From Candidatus Eiseniibacteriota bacterium (GTDB lineage: Bacteria; Eisenbacteria; RBG-16-71-46; CAZAMP01), in contig OZ245046.1 in assembly GCA_965224245.1 (NCBI GenBank), positions 4,704,001-4,768,000 on the forward strand: a stretch of 64,000 nucleotides of DNA, given 5' to 3'. Each line of letters begins with the position of its first letter. Position 1 is the first letter of the stretch. A program made the translations under genes and the position numbers. The notes under the pieces are model-generated. The model ran no database searches. It was not told where the DNA came from and saw only the letters and a program-made list of their open reading frames with translations. This document shows, in pieces, positions 9,361 through 25,872 of this stretch.

Positions 9361-9831
9361 GTGACCCAACACCCGACCAGATGGCACACCGCCTCGTGGC
9401 ACACGACCCCTCGCGGGTGGTGGCGGAGGGGCATCGCATCTCTCCTCTGTGCGCTCCTCGTCGCGAGCCCGGTGTCCAGCGCCGACGCCGCATGTGCGTG
9501 CGCGGACGACGACTCCGCGTGCTGCTCGACCGACTCCGGAGCCGAGGACACGTCGTGCTGCACGCCTCCCGACCCAACCGCGGACGCGCAGGACGCCTGC
9601 GCCACGTCGCGCACCTCTTGCGCGGCGACCGCCGAGTCACCGACGGCGCTCCCTCAGCGCACTCCCGCGGACGCTGGCGCCGACGCACCGGCGACGGGGT
9701 GGCTGCCGTGGGATACGCGCCCGGTCGGGCGCCTGCCGCACTCCGGAGCGGTGGACGTGTTCGCACGAGCGGCCCGAGATCGGGCGGCTCCCGTTCCCGC
9801 GCACATTCTCTTCTCGTCGCTCCTCATCTGA
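9361..9831 (+). CDS. Cys-rich exported leader protein of the metal-efflux operon
   Basis: RBS GGAGGA at 9348-9353; signal-like segment; CAC, CC, CC clusters; ends RAAPVPAHILFSSLLI. Confidence 0.6.
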   Translation: MTQHPTRWHTASWHTTPRGWWRRGIASLLCALLVASPVSSADAACACADDDSACCSTDSGAEDTSCCTPPDPTADAQDACATSRTSCAATAESPTALPQRTPADAGADAPATGWLPWDTRPVGRLPHSGAVDVFARAARDRAAPVPAHILFSSLLI

Positions 9832-9948
9832 TTCGATTCCGACCCTCACGGCGGGTCCGGTATCTGCCGGACGCCGGACGCCGAAGAACACCCACGACCA
9901 GCACCCGACTGAACCACCGACGCACACGCGTTGAAAGGACTCCGAGCA

Positions 9949-10677
9949 ATGAACCGCCAGAACCGACTCGCGAGACTCGTTGCGACCGCCGCCACGCTCC
10001 TGCTTGGCCTTCCGGCGATCGCGACCGCCACCGCCACGTCCAATCCCGCCACCTATCCACTGGACACTTGCATCATCTCCGGCGAGCGTCTGGGCGAAGA
10101 GGGTGATCCGGTCTCGAAGGTGTACGACGGGCGCGAGGTGCGCTTCTGCTGCAAGATGTGCGTGGGGGACTTCGAGAAGGACCCGGCGTCCCATCTCGGA
10201 ATGCTCGACCAGGCGATCATCGACGCGCAGCTCGAGGACTACCCGCTCGAAACCTGTGTCGTGAGCGGCGAGCCGCTGGAGGGCGACATGGGCGGGCCGG
10301 TCGACCACGTCATGGGCAATCGTCTCGTGCGGCTGTGCTGCAAGTCGTGCAAGAAGGACCTCGCCGCCGATCCGACCCCCTATCTCGAGAAGCTGGACGC
10401 GGCCGTGGTCGCCGCGCAGCGCGCTGACTACCCGGCCGGCACGTGTCCGATCTCCGGCATGGAGCTCGGGGCGATGGGCGAGCCCTACGACTACGTGTAC
10501 GCCGGGCGCCTCGTTCGCTTCTGCTGCGCGGGCTGCATCGACTCGTTCGACGAGAACCCGGAGGCCGCGATGGCTACCGTCTACGGCGGCGCCGCCGAAA
10601 CGCCGGAGATGCACGAGCACGCCGAGCATGCTGGGCACGGCGGTCATGCCCACGATCACCAGGACACACACCCGTGA
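9949..10677 (+). CDS. Periplasmic protein with three YHS/TRASH-like metal-binding repeats and a His-rich tail
   Basis: Three repeats of YP..TC..SG..L...GR.VR(F/L)CC..C; tail HEHAEHAGHGGHAHDH; signal peptide. Confidence 0.8.
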   Translation: MNRQNRLARLVATAATLLLGLPAIATATATSNPATYPLDTCIISGERLGEEGDPVSKVYDGREVRFCCKMCVGDFEKDPASHLGMLDQAIIDAQLEDYPLETCVVSGEPLEGDMGGPVDHVMGNRLVRLCCKSCKKDLAADPTPYLEKLDAAVVAAQRADYPAGTCPISGMELGAMGEPYDYVYAGRLVRFCCAGCIDSFDENPEAAMATVYGGAAETPEMHEHAEHAGHGGHAHDHQDTHP

Positions 10678-11441
10678 CACGGATCCTTGCCGCGATGATC
10701 ATCCTCAGCGCGCTCCTCTGGATGGCGCCGGGCGTGCTCGCTCACGAGACCGACGCCGCCGGGGACACGAGCGGAGCCGGTGCGTCGATCGGAAACGCCA
10801 TGTGTCCGGTGACGACCGACGAGTCGGCGGACCCCGCGATCTTCGTCGACTACCGGGGACGTCGGGTGTACTTCTGCTGCCCACGTTGCCGGAAGAAGTT
10901 CATCGACGACCCCGATGCCTACGTCGCGAACCTGTCCCCGGTGGCCGAGCACGCGGTGCTCGGCGAGGGCGCCGAGGCGCTCGACGGGCCGGCCCCGCCG
11001 GCCTTCGGCGCTCGCACCCTGCGGTTCGCCGGAAAGCTCCATCCGCTCGTCGTGCACTTTCCGATCGCGCTGCTGCTCACCGCGCTCGTCGTGGAGCTGC
11101 TCGGCCTGACGGTGAGCTCGGCGTCGCTCCGGGAGGTGGCTCGCGTGCTCGTCCTCGTGGGCGCTCCATCGGCGGCTGTCAGCGCGCTGCTCGGCTGGCT
11201 GGCCGCGCGGGGCGCGAGCTACCCGGAGGAGCTGGCTCGGGTTCTCACGCTGCATCGATGGCTGGGCACCGCGACCGCCGCGGTGGCGGTGGGCACACTC
11301 GTCCTGTCGGAGCGAGGCCGTCGTCACGGTCGTCACCACCGATCGCATGTCGTTCTCCTCGGCGTGACGGCTCTCCTCGCGGGGATCACCGGACACTTCG
11401 GGGGAACGCTGGTCCTCGGCCCGGAGCACTTCACATGGTAA
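10674..11441 (+). CDS. YHS domain fused to DUF2231-like membrane domain
   Basis: CPV...YRGRRVYFCCPRC, then HPLVVHFPIALL, H(RWLG) and GHFGG. GTGA overlap with the upstream gene. Confidence 0.8.
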   Translation: MTRILAAMIILSALLWMAPGVLAHETDAAGDTSGAGASIGNAMCPVTTDESADPAIFVDYRGRRVYFCCPRCRKKFIDDPDAYVANLSPVAEHAVLGEGAEALDGPAPPAFGARTLRFAGKLHPLVVHFPIALLLTALVVELLGLTVSSASLREVARVLVLVGAPSAAVSALLGWLAARGASYPEELARVLTLHRWLGTATAAVAVGTLVLSERGRRHGRHHRSHVVLLGVTALLAGITGHFGGTLVLGPEHFTW

Positions 11442-12823
11442 CGCGAGGGCAACATCGAGCAATCGGGATCGGCGCCATCGTCGTCGTCGCATTGCTGGCC
11501 GGCTGCGCCGGCGGCGACGCCGGCGCCCGCGGGCGCTGGAACGACACGCACGCCCGGTACTACGCGTCCCATCACGACGTCCAGGGTTCGGTGAGCCCCG
11601 ACACCACCGCGATCGAGGACCTCGAAGCACTCATCGTCACCGCCGAGTCCACGAGTCCCGCCCTCCGCGCGTCCTTCGATCGCTGGAAGGCCGCGCTCGA
11701 GCGAGTGCCACAGGCGACGGCGCTTCCCGACCCGCGAGTCTCGTATGCCTACTTCATCGAGCCGGTCGAGACGCGCGTCGGACCCCAGCGTCAGCGGTTC
11801 GGCATCTCGCAGACGATTCCGCTGTTCGGGAAGCTCGGGCTCCGCGGGGCGGTCGCGGTGAATGCCGCGAACGCCGCCGGCGCCGACTTCGAGGCGGCGC
11901 GGCTGGCGCTCCGCTTCCGTCTCACGAAGCTGTGGAACGACTACTACTACCTGAGCCGCGAGATCGCGATCACGGACGAGAACGTCCGGCTCCTGCAACG
12001 CCTCGAGAGCGTGGCGCTCTCGCAATATGCGGCGGGCGGCGCGAGTCACGGCGCCGTGATCCGGGCGCAGGTCGAGCTCGGCCGACTCGAGGATCGTCTT
12101 CTCACCGTGCGCGATCGACGCGGTCCGATCGTCGCCGCCCTGAACGCCGAGCTCGGGCGCTCCCCGGACGCCGTCATCCCGTCGCCCGTCGCCATCGACA
12201 CGACGTCGATCTCGCTGTCGGCGGACGCGCTCCGCGCCGCCCTCCTGGAACGAAATCCGGAGCTCACCGCCCGCACGTACCGGGAAGAGGAGGCGGCGGC
12301 GGGCGCACGGCTCGCCGGGAAGAGCGCGCTCCCGGACCTGACCCTGGGTGCCGAGTACATCGACACCGACGAGGCGCGCTTCCCGGACGTCGCGGACAGT
12401 GGGAAGGACGCCGCGGTCGCGCAGGCGAGCATCAACCTGCCGCTCTGGTTCGGCCGAACCCGGGCCGAGAAGGCACAGGCCGACGCCCGCCTCTCCGCCG
12501 CTCGTCACGACGTGGAGCAGCTGCGCAACCGACTGCTGTCCGATCTCGAGCAGGCGCTCTTCGACTACCGCGATTCGGAGCGCCGGGTGAACCTCTACGC
12601 CCTGACGCTGCTACCGAAGGCGCGACAGTCGCTGGCGGTCGCCGAGGACTCCTTCACGACGGGCAAGATGGACTTCCTCGATCTCGTCGATGCACAGCGG
12701 ACGTTGCTCGAGTTCCAGCTCGCGCACGAGCGCGCGCTCGTCGACCGATCCAACGCGCGCGCCCGACTCGATCAGATGACCGGCCTGGACATCGTCCGCG
12801 GCCCGGTGACGAAAGGAATGTAG
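11435..12823 (+). CDS. TolC-family outer-membrane efflux lipoprotein
   Basis: Lipobox LAGC; ALPDP..., QTIPLFGK, INLPLW and DFLDLVDAQRTLL motifs. Confidence 0.88.
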   Translation: MVTRGQHRAIGIGAIVVVALLAGCAGGDAGARGRWNDTHARYYASHHDVQGSVSPDTTAIEDLEALIVTAESTSPALRASFDRWKAALERVPQATALPDPRVSYAYFIEPVETRVGPQRQRFGISQTIPLFGKLGLRGAVAVNAANAAGADFEAARLALRFRLTKLWNDYYYLSREIAITDENVRLLQRLESVALSQYAAGGASHGAVIRAQVELGRLEDRLLTVRDRRGPIVAALNAELGRSPDAVIPSPVAIDTTSISLSADALRAALLERNPELTARTYREEEAAAGARLAGKSALPDLTLGAEYIDTDEARFPDVADSGKDAAVAQASINLPLWFGRTRAEKAQADARLSAARHDVEQLRNRLLSDLEQALFDYRDSERRVNLYALTLLPKARQSLAVAEDSFTTGKMDFLDLVDAQRTLLEFQLAHERALVDRSNARARLDQMTGLDIVRGPVTKGM

Positions 12824-12825
12824 TG

Positions 12826-14702
12826 ATGACGCCCGTGCACCGTAGCTGGGTTCGAGTGACGATCGTCGCCGTGGCAATCGTCGCTGCGTTCGCGCTCGGG
12901 CTGTCGCTCAGCCCGGGGAGCGATCGGTCAAACACGTCGATGACGTCCGAGGCGTCCGACACCGCCGCGGAGACGTGGACGTGCTCGATGCACCCGCAGA
13001 TTCAGATGCCGGGACCGGGCCAGTGCCCGATCTGCGGCATGGACCTGATCCCGCTCGCCGCCGAAGGTGGGAGTGACGCGAATCCTCGCTCGTTGACGCT
13101 GTCTCCCGCCGCGCGAAAGATCGCCGAGATCCAGACGACGCCCGTCGTGCGGCGACCGGTCGAGAAGACGCTCCGGATGGTCGGCAAGCTCGAGCCCGAC
13201 GAGACCCGCGTACGCGAGATCGCGGCATGGGTGTCGGGCCGCGTCGATCGACTCTACGTGGACTATACCGGCGTGACCGTGCACGCGGGCGAGAAGCTCT
13301 TCGACCTCTACAGCCCCGACCTCTACGCCGCACAGCAGGAGCTCTTGCAGGCGGTGGCGGCCTCGCGCGAGCTGTCCAGAAGCGATCTCGAGAGCACGCG
13401 CCGATCGGCCACGCGGACCGCGGAGGCGGCCCGTGAGCGGCTCCGACTCTGGGGACTGACCGGCCATCAGATCCAGGCGATCGAGCAGCGCGGAGAGCCG
13501 TCGGACCACGTCACGATCGTGGCGCCGACCGGTGGAGTCGTGCTGCACAAGAATGCCACCGAGGGGACTTACGTCCAGACCGGCACCAAGGTCTACACCA
13601 TCGCCGATCTGTCGGTCCTCTGGCTTCAGCTCAACGTCTACGAGTCCGATCTCGCGTGGCTGGAGACGGGGCAGCGCGTGGAGTTCGGGACCGACGCCTA
13701 TCCCGGTACGACCTTCGAGGGTACGGTCTCGTTCATCGATCCGCTTCTCGACGAGCGCACGCGCAGCGTCGAGGTGCGGGTCGACGTTCCCAACCCCGAC
13801 GCGCGACTCAAGCCGGGGATGTTCGCGCGGGCGGTCGTTCGCGCGTCGGTCGGTGCGGACACGGACGAACCCCCGCTGGTGATCCCCTCCTCGGCGCCGC
13901 TCGTCACCGGCACGCGTGCCGTCGTCTACGTCGAGGATCCGGACGAGCCGGGGCGCTACGAAGGGCGCGAGGTCATGCTCGGGCCGGAGGCAGACGGCTT
14001 CTATGTCGTTCTCGACGGTCTCGAGGTCGGTGACGCGGTCGTCGCCAACGGGAGCTTCAAGATCGACAGCGCGCTCCAGATCCTGGCCAAGCAGAGCATG
14101 ATGAGCCCCGAGGGAGGCGTCCGCGCGCCCGGGCACGAGCACGGCGAGACGCCACCGTCGACGATGGAGTCGATGGACCCCCCGGCCGAGCCGATCGCGA
14201 ACGTGCCCGACGAGTTCCGGCGGCAGCTCGATGACGTCGTCGCGGACTACCTGGCCCTGACCACGGCGTTGAGCCGAGACGACTTCGACGGCGCGAGGTC
14301 GGCGGCGGGCGCGCTCCCGACCGCCCTTCACGCGGTCGACGACGGGGCGCTCCCATCGGCCGGGCGCGCGCCGTGGTCACGCACAGCCTCGATCCTCGAG
14401 GCGGAATCCCGCTCGATCGCCTCCGCCTCGGACATCGAGACCGCACGCCGGATCTTCCACGCGCTCTCCGCGGAGATGATCCACACCGTCCGGCTGTTCG
14501 GCGCATCCGGTCGAACCCCGGTGTACGTGTACCACTGTCCGATGGCGATGGACGGCAGCGGCGGCGACTGGCTCCAGACCACCGAGGGCACCGAGAACCC
14601 GTACTACGGCTCGATGATGTTCCGGTGTGGTTCGCAGACCGAGACGCTGGTCGCCGGCTCCGATCCGGACGCGACCGGTGAGCCCGAGGCAGGAGACTCC
14701 CG

Positions 14703-14706
<4 letters not shown>
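12826..14706 (+). CDS. cusB: CusB-type RND periplasmic adaptor with heavy-metal-binding domain and C-terminal DUF3347-like domain
   Basis: WTCSMHPQI...CPICGMDL, YSPDLYAAQQEL, LKPGMF; C-terminal HCPMA...W.Q...ENPYYG.MMFRCG. Confidence 0.88.
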
Positions 14707-20791
<6,085 letters not shown>

Positions 20792-20806
20792 GGGAGGTCC
20801 AGATTC

Positions 20807-23101
20807 ATGCAGCGACGACTTCCCGTCTGGCTCGCCTGTCTCGTTCTCGCGGGAGCCGCCATCGCCGCTCACGCCGACTCCGGTGGTCCCCTCGTCACGC
20901 TGCACGCGCCGAACGGCGGAGAGAGCCTTCCCGCCGGCGACGTCCGTACCGTGTCCTGGTCCGCCGAGGACACCGACGGCATCGCCGGGGTCGATCTCTT
21001 CTACCGGGATGCCGGAGGTGCGGCCTGGACGATGATCGCGCGCGATCTGGCCGACACCGGCTCGTACGACTGGTTCGTCCCCGACACGCCGACCGAGGCG
21101 GCGCGGGTTCGCGTGCTCGTCCGCGACGCGCTCGGGAACCCCGGCGAGGACGTCTCGGACGGCGACTTCACGATCACGGCGCGGACGGGATCGACGGTCG
21201 CCACCCCGCTTCGCGACTTCCACCTGCCCGGATCGCAGCCGTTCGACGTGCCGGAGTTCCTGCCGAACGAGAACTGTGACAACTGCCACACCTTCGAGTC
21301 GACCGCGCCCGGGGACAGCTACCTGGGTACGATGATGGCGCACGCGGGCAAGGACCCGATCTTCCACGCGGCGCTCGCGGTCGCCGAGCAGGACGCGGCG
21401 TCGTCGGGAGACTTCTGCCTGCGCTGCCACACTCCGATGGGATGGCTGGCCGGTCGCAGCAATCCCACGTCGGGGCTCGCGTTGACCGATCAGGATCTGG
21501 AGAGCGTGTCCTGCCACTTCTGCCACCTGATGGTCGATCCCGATCACGACGCGTCCGACCCGCCCGTGGACGAGGAGGTGCTGGCACTCCTCGACGAGGT
21601 GCCGCCCGTGCCGGGGCTCGGCATGTACGTCGTCGATCCTCAGGATCGGCGGCGGGGACCGTACGACGACTCGCACACGCCGCACGGGCGCATCCCCTCG
21701 GCGTTCCATCGCGGAAGCGAGCTCTGCGGGACGTGTCACGACGTGTCGAACCCGGTCTTCGAGCGCATCTCGGGGGCCGAGTACGCGCTCGGCACGCTCG
21801 ATGCGCCGGCCCCCGACGTCACCGCGGGGCATCTGCTTCCGATCGAGCGCACGTACAGCGAGTGGCGCGCGTCCGCGTTCCCCGACGGTGTCTACGCCCC
21901 CGAGTTCGCCGGCAACCGGCCCGACGGTACGGTGTCGACCTGCGTCGACTGTCACATGGTCGACGTCCAGGCCAAGGGGTGCTTCTTCCCGTCGTCCCCG
22001 GTTCGCGAGGATCTCGCGCTGCACGAGTTCGCCGGGGGAAACACGTGGATGCCGCCGATCATGGCCCGGCTGTATCCGGACGACATCGCGGCCGAGCGCG
22101 CGGACTCGTCGGCGGCCCGCGCGGTGCGGATGCTCCGGAGGGCGGCGGTTCTCGGCACCAGCGTGGAGTCGGAGGCCGACTCGTTCCGGGTGTCGATCAC
22201 CGTCACCAACCGGACGGGGCACAAGCTTCCCACCGGCTACCCCGAGGGCCGACGCATGTGGCTCCACGTGGAGGCCTTCGACGATGCGATGCAGACGGTC
22301 TACGAGTCGGGCTCCTACGACGCGGCGACCGGGGTGCTGTCACACGACGAGGACGTCGTGGTCTACGAGGCCGAGCCCGGCATCTCGCATCGCACCGCCG
22401 CGCTGACGGGGCTGGCTCCCGGACCGTCGTTCCACTTCGTGCTCAACGACACGCTCTACGGGGACAACCGGATCCCGCCGATGGGCTTCGAGAACGCGGC
22501 GTTCGATGCGTTCGGCGGCCGGCCGGTGGAGGCCGGCGTCGCCGAGCGCTACGCCGACGGCCAGAGCTGGGATACGTCGTCCTACGCCCTCCCGGCCACC
22601 GCGCACACGGTCGTCACGACCCTGTACTACCAGACGACGAGCAAGGAGTACGTGGAGTTCCTGCGGGACGAGAACACGACGAACTCCGCCGGTCAGGACC
22701 TCTACGATCTCTGGGTCGCGAACGGTCGCGCCGCACCGGTGGTGATGGTCACCGACACGACGTACACCGATCCCGACACGCCGATCGACGAGGAGCCCGG
22801 CGCCGGCGACCCGCCCACGGTCGCGTTCCCGGCGGTGCGCGTGCTCCACAATCCGTTCGGCGCTCACGAGCCCCTCTCGTTGCGGCTGGATCTGGCCGTC
22901 GCCGCCGAGGTCACGCTCGCGATCTTCGACGTGCAGGGGCGAGAGATGGCCCGCGTGCCGTACGGGTCGCTCGGGGGAGGCGCTCACCGGTTGCGGTGGG
23001 ACGGCGTCACGGCCGGCAACGTCGCGTCTCCCGGCGTCTACTTCGCGCGGGTCGGGGTCGGGGATCGCACGTTCGTTCGCCGTGTGGTCCGCGTACGTTG
23101 A
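20807..23101 (+). CDS. Secreted pentaheme c-type cytochrome with N-terminal Ig-like domain and C-terminal FlgD-Ig/T9SS-like domain
   Basis: Signal peptide; PNGGE Ig domain; CDNCH, CLRCH, CHFCH, CGTCH, CVDCH; GHKLPTG; tail NPF...IFDVQGR...WDG...SPGVYF. Confidence 0.85.
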   Translation: MQRRLPVWLACLVLAGAAIAAHADSGGPLVTLHAPNGGESLPAGDVRTVSWSAEDTDGIAGVDLFYRDAGGAAWTMIARDLADTGSYDWFVPDTPTEAARVRVLVRDALGNPGEDVSDGDFTITARTGSTVATPLRDFHLPGSQPFDVPEFLPNENCDNCHTFESTAPGDSYLGTMMAHAGKDPIFHAALAVAEQDAASSGDFCLRCHTPMGWLAGRSNPTSGLALTDQDLESVSCHFCHLMVDPDHDASDPPVDEEVLALLDEVPPVPGLGMYVVDPQDRRRGPYDDSHTPHGRIPSAFHRGSELCGTCHDVSNPVFERISGAEYALGTLDAPAPDVTAGHLLPIERTYSEWRASAFPDGVYAPEFAGNRPDGTVSTCVDCHMVDVQAKGCFFPSSPVREDLALHEFAGGNTWMPPIMARLYPDDIAAERADSSAARAVRMLRRAAVLGTSVESEADSFRVSITVTNRTGHKLPTGYPEGRRMWLHVEAFDDAMQTVYESGSYDAATGVLSHDEDVVVYEAEPGISHRTAALTGLAPGPSFHFVLNDTLYGDNRIPPMGFENAAFDAFGGRPVEAGVAERYADGQSWDTSSYALPATAHTVVTTLYYQTTSKEYVEFLRDENTTNSAGQDLYDLWVANGRAAPVVMVTDTTYTDPDTPIDEEPGAGDPPTVAFPAVRVLHNPFGAHEPLSLRLDLAVAAEVTLAIFDVQGREMARVPYGSLGGGAHRLRWDGVTAGNVASPGVYFARVGVGDRTFVRRVVRVR

Positions 23102-23143
23102 CGTCGCGTGCGGGCTCGCGCGACGCACCGTCGCCGCCGAGGC

Positions 23144-24280
23144 TCACGAGTCACCCCCCGGTACGTCGGCCCGGTACAGCGCCCGGATCCACGGTCGCCA
23201 GCACGCGTGATCCACGAGGTCCGTGCTGTCACTGACGAGATCCAGGCCGCCGACGAGCGGTCGTGTCGTGAGCCCGCGCACGGTGGGATCGGTGATCTCG
23301 TCGGCGAGGGCGCGCGCGAACCCGTGCATCGCGATCACACGGAACGGGTGGCCGTGGAATCGCATCGCGCGCGTCGGCATCTCTCGCGTCAGTCCGAGGT
23401 CGCCGTGCGCGGCCGCGACGATCTCGTACGCCTCGACGAGGCCGGCCTCGCGACGGTCCCACGTGGGTGCCTGCATCGCGCTCGTCAGCGGACGCATCAG
23501 CGTCTCGGCCAGCGGCAGCTCGCCGAACGCCGTGCCGAACCACTTCGCGTAGGGTGCGTATCGGCGCGACATCAGGAACGTGAGGCGCATCAGATCGCGC
23601 ACCAGACGCGCCCCGATCACGGCCGAGCCCAGCTCGTCGCCCGCGATGCCGGCCCGGCCCATCAGGTGCTCGTCCTGACCGATTCGCGTCCACGCCGAGG
23701 CGAGCTGGTAGAGCCACACGTCCCTCGGGTAGTACTCGAACCGGTCACGGACCGCCCCGAGCCCGATGTCGTCATGGAAGATCGGCCCGCTCGTCACCGT
23801 GCGGAGGCGTTGCTCCGAGACGCTCAGCCAGTCCACCGGCGTGAGCGGCGTCGTCACGTCGACCCCGAGGTACGCGTCGAAGAAGCCGGGTACGGTGTGG
23901 ACCTCGACGCGGTGGTCGACCGGGCCCTCGGTGATCGGGGTGGGATGTCGGGTTCCGGGCTCGGCCGGGTCGGGTGTGTAGTGCGTCGGGACGCCGTCGA
24001 TCTCCACCGGAAGGCGGTGCGACATCACCCGCCGGATCGCGTCCGCACGATCCGCGTCCCTTTCCCGGACGAACAGCAGCACACGCGGGCCCCAGTGGTG
24101 ATCGGTGGACATCTCGTCGTCGTACCCCAGCACCTCCGAGCCCTGGTCGAGAAGACCGGCGGCGTGGGGGATCGAGTCCACGTGCTCGTCGAGAATCGGA
24201 GCCACGCAGGTGCGGTAGAGGAGCTCCGCGAGGCGCGCCCCCTCGCCCCGGGGCGCGCGATGCCCGTCGCCCGGGGTCAC
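23144..24280 (-). CDS. DUF4037-domain protein (nucleotidyltransferase-like)
   Basis: GSEVLGYDDEMSTDHHWGP, W...EQRL..VTSG.IFHD, YYPRDVW and YAPYAKW motifs. Confidence 0.75.
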   Translation of the reverse strand: MTPGDGHRAPRGEGARLAELLYRTCVAPILDEHVDSIPHAAGLLDQGSEVLGYDDEMSTDHHWGPRVLLFVRERDADRADAIRRVMSHRLPVEIDGVPTHYTPDPAEPGTRHPTPITEGPVDHRVEVHTVPGFFDAYLGVDVTTPLTPVDWLSVSEQRLRTVTSGPIFHDDIGLGAVRDRFEYYPRDVWLYQLASAWTRIGQDEHLMGRAGIAGDELGSAVIGARLVRDLMRLTFLMSRRYAPYAKWFGTAFGELPLAETLMRPLTSAMQAPTWDRREAGLVEAYEIVAAAHGDLGLTREMPTRAMRFHGHPFRVIAMHGFARALADEITDPTVRGLTTRPLVGGLDLVSDSTDLVDHACWRPWIRALYRADVPGGDS

Positions 24281-24765
24281 GACGGCCACCTCGGCCACCA
24301 GCGTCGCACCTCGCGCCGGTACGCCCGGTAGCTCTCGCCGAACCTCGCGTCCAGGCCCGGCTCCTCGACCCGGACCACGAACACGTGCGCGGCCATCGCC
24401 GCGATCAGCGTGAACACGAGCGCCATGGGCGAGCGCAGATGGAGCGCGAAGCCGCCGAGGAGCACGAGTCCGCCCACGTACATCGGGTTTCGAACGATCC
24501 GATAGGGCCCCAGGGCCACGAAGCGGCGCGGTGGATCGAACGGCGCCGGCGTCCCGTGGCCGCGCTGCACGAACGTGACGACGCACGCGAGCCCGAGCGC
24601 GGCGCCGAGCACCATCGCGACCGGCCCCACCGGCCGGAGGCCGGCCGGCAGCGATCCGCCGAGTCTGCCGTCGAGCCGGTGGGCGAGGTGGGCGAGGGCC
24701 GCGAAGAGGCCCACGAACGCCGAGCCGTAGATCGTGGCCCGGAGCGCGATGAAGGAGCGTGCCAT
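24277..24765 (-). CDS. Isoprenylcysteine carboxylmethyltransferase/PEMT-family membrane protein
   Basis: GTPAPFDPP, GPYRIVRNPMY, EEPGL..RFG.SY..Y...V.RW. Confidence 0.85.
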   Translation of the reverse strand: MARSFIALRATIYGSAFVGLFAALAHLAHRLDGRLGGSLPAGLRPVGPVAMVLGAALGLACVVTFVQRGHGTPAPFDPPRRFVALGPYRIVRNPMYVGGLVLLGGFALHLRSPMALVFTLIAAMAAHVFVVRVEEPGLDARFGESYRAYRREVRRWWPRWPS

Positions 24766-24906
24766 CGGTCCGCCCTGGTCGGTCGCCTCGCGGTGCCGAT
24801 CGGACGCCGGAGGCGGTATGATCCCCGACCGACACGGCAACGGGGGCGACGACGGCCGCGCCACGGGGACGCCTTCGAATCGTCATCACATTACCGGGAG
24901 GCTCAC

Positions 24907-25755
24907 GTGAGCATCAACACGAGACCGATGATCCTCGCCCTCGCCGCACTGGCGGCGGCGCCGACGCTCGCCCCGGCGGGTCCATCCGCCCACGATCTGG
25001 TCATCCGCGTGCTCGACGCCTACGAGTCCCGGCTCGCCGACATCGAGACCGTCACGATCACCCAGACGATGATGGGCATGGAGTCGCAGCTTCGCATGGA
25101 GAAGACCGTCGTCGACGGGCACGCGACGCTCATGACCACCGGCATGAGCTTCCAGGGCCGGGCGATGCCGATGCCGGAGGGGGCCGAGAAGCGAAGCTGG
25201 GCCACGCCGTTCGCCAGCCAGCGCGCCCTCGCCGATCACGCGACCCTCGACGGCTCGGAGACCGTGAACGGACACGCGTGCCACGTCGTGGTCGTCGAGG
25301 ATCTCGGGAGCGTCGACTTCATGCAGCCCCCCGCGATGGAGCAGGCCGGCGAGGTCGAGATGAAGTCCGGTCGGTTTCTCGTCGACGAGAAAGACCTCGT
25401 GATCCGCCGCATGGAGCTCTCCGGCGAGATGCAGGATCCCGAGGGAGCCGCGCAGCCCATCACGCTGACGATGACGTTCGACGACTACCGCGAGGTCGGC
25501 GGCTACCTCCACCCGTTTCACACGACGATGTCGGCCACCGGGGTCATGGAAGCGGAGGGAGCCGACATGGATCCCGAGGAGATGGCCGCGAACCTCGCCC
25601 AGGCGAAAGAGCAGATGGCCACGATGCCCGAGTCGATGAAGGGCATGATGAAGGCGCAGATCGAGCGCCTCGAGGCCATGCTGGAGGGCGGCGGCATGAC
25701 GATGGAGGTCATCGTCTCCGACGTCGCGGTCAACGAAGCCGCGTCGAGTCAGTAG
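24907..25755 (+). CDS. Met-rich exported protein, LolA/DUF4412-like fold possible
   Basis: RBS GGGAGG; signal peptide; GSETVNGHACHVV and FDDYREVGG..HP motifs. Confidence 0.55.
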   Translation: MSINTRPMILALAALAAAPTLAPAGPSAHDLVIRVLDAYESRLADIETVTITQTMMGMESQLRMEKTVVDGHATLMTTGMSFQGRAMPMPEGAEKRSWATPFASQRALADHATLDGSETVNGHACHVVVVEDLGSVDFMQPPAMEQAGEVEMKSGRFLVDEKDLVIRRMELSGEMQDPEGAAQPITLTMTFDDYREVGGYLHPFHTTMSATGVMEAEGADMDPEEMAANLAQAKEQMATMPESMKGMMKAQIERLEAMLEGGGMTMEVIVSDVAVNEAASSQ

Positions 25756-25821
25756 CCGGTTCCCCGGGTTCGCGACAGCGGCGGTGGCGATCGGGATGCG
25801 CCGGATGGAGCAGCGGCGGCC

Positions 25822-25849
25822 TTGCAGTGGCGGGTCACGACGCTATGAT
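25822..25849 (+). promoter_or_regulatory. sigma70-type promoter for amidohydrolase-alr
   Basis: TTGCAG-N16-TATGAT upstream of a strong GGAGGAGG RBS. Confidence 0.4.
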
Positions 25850-25872
25850 GCCCTCCGAGGGAGGAGGACATC

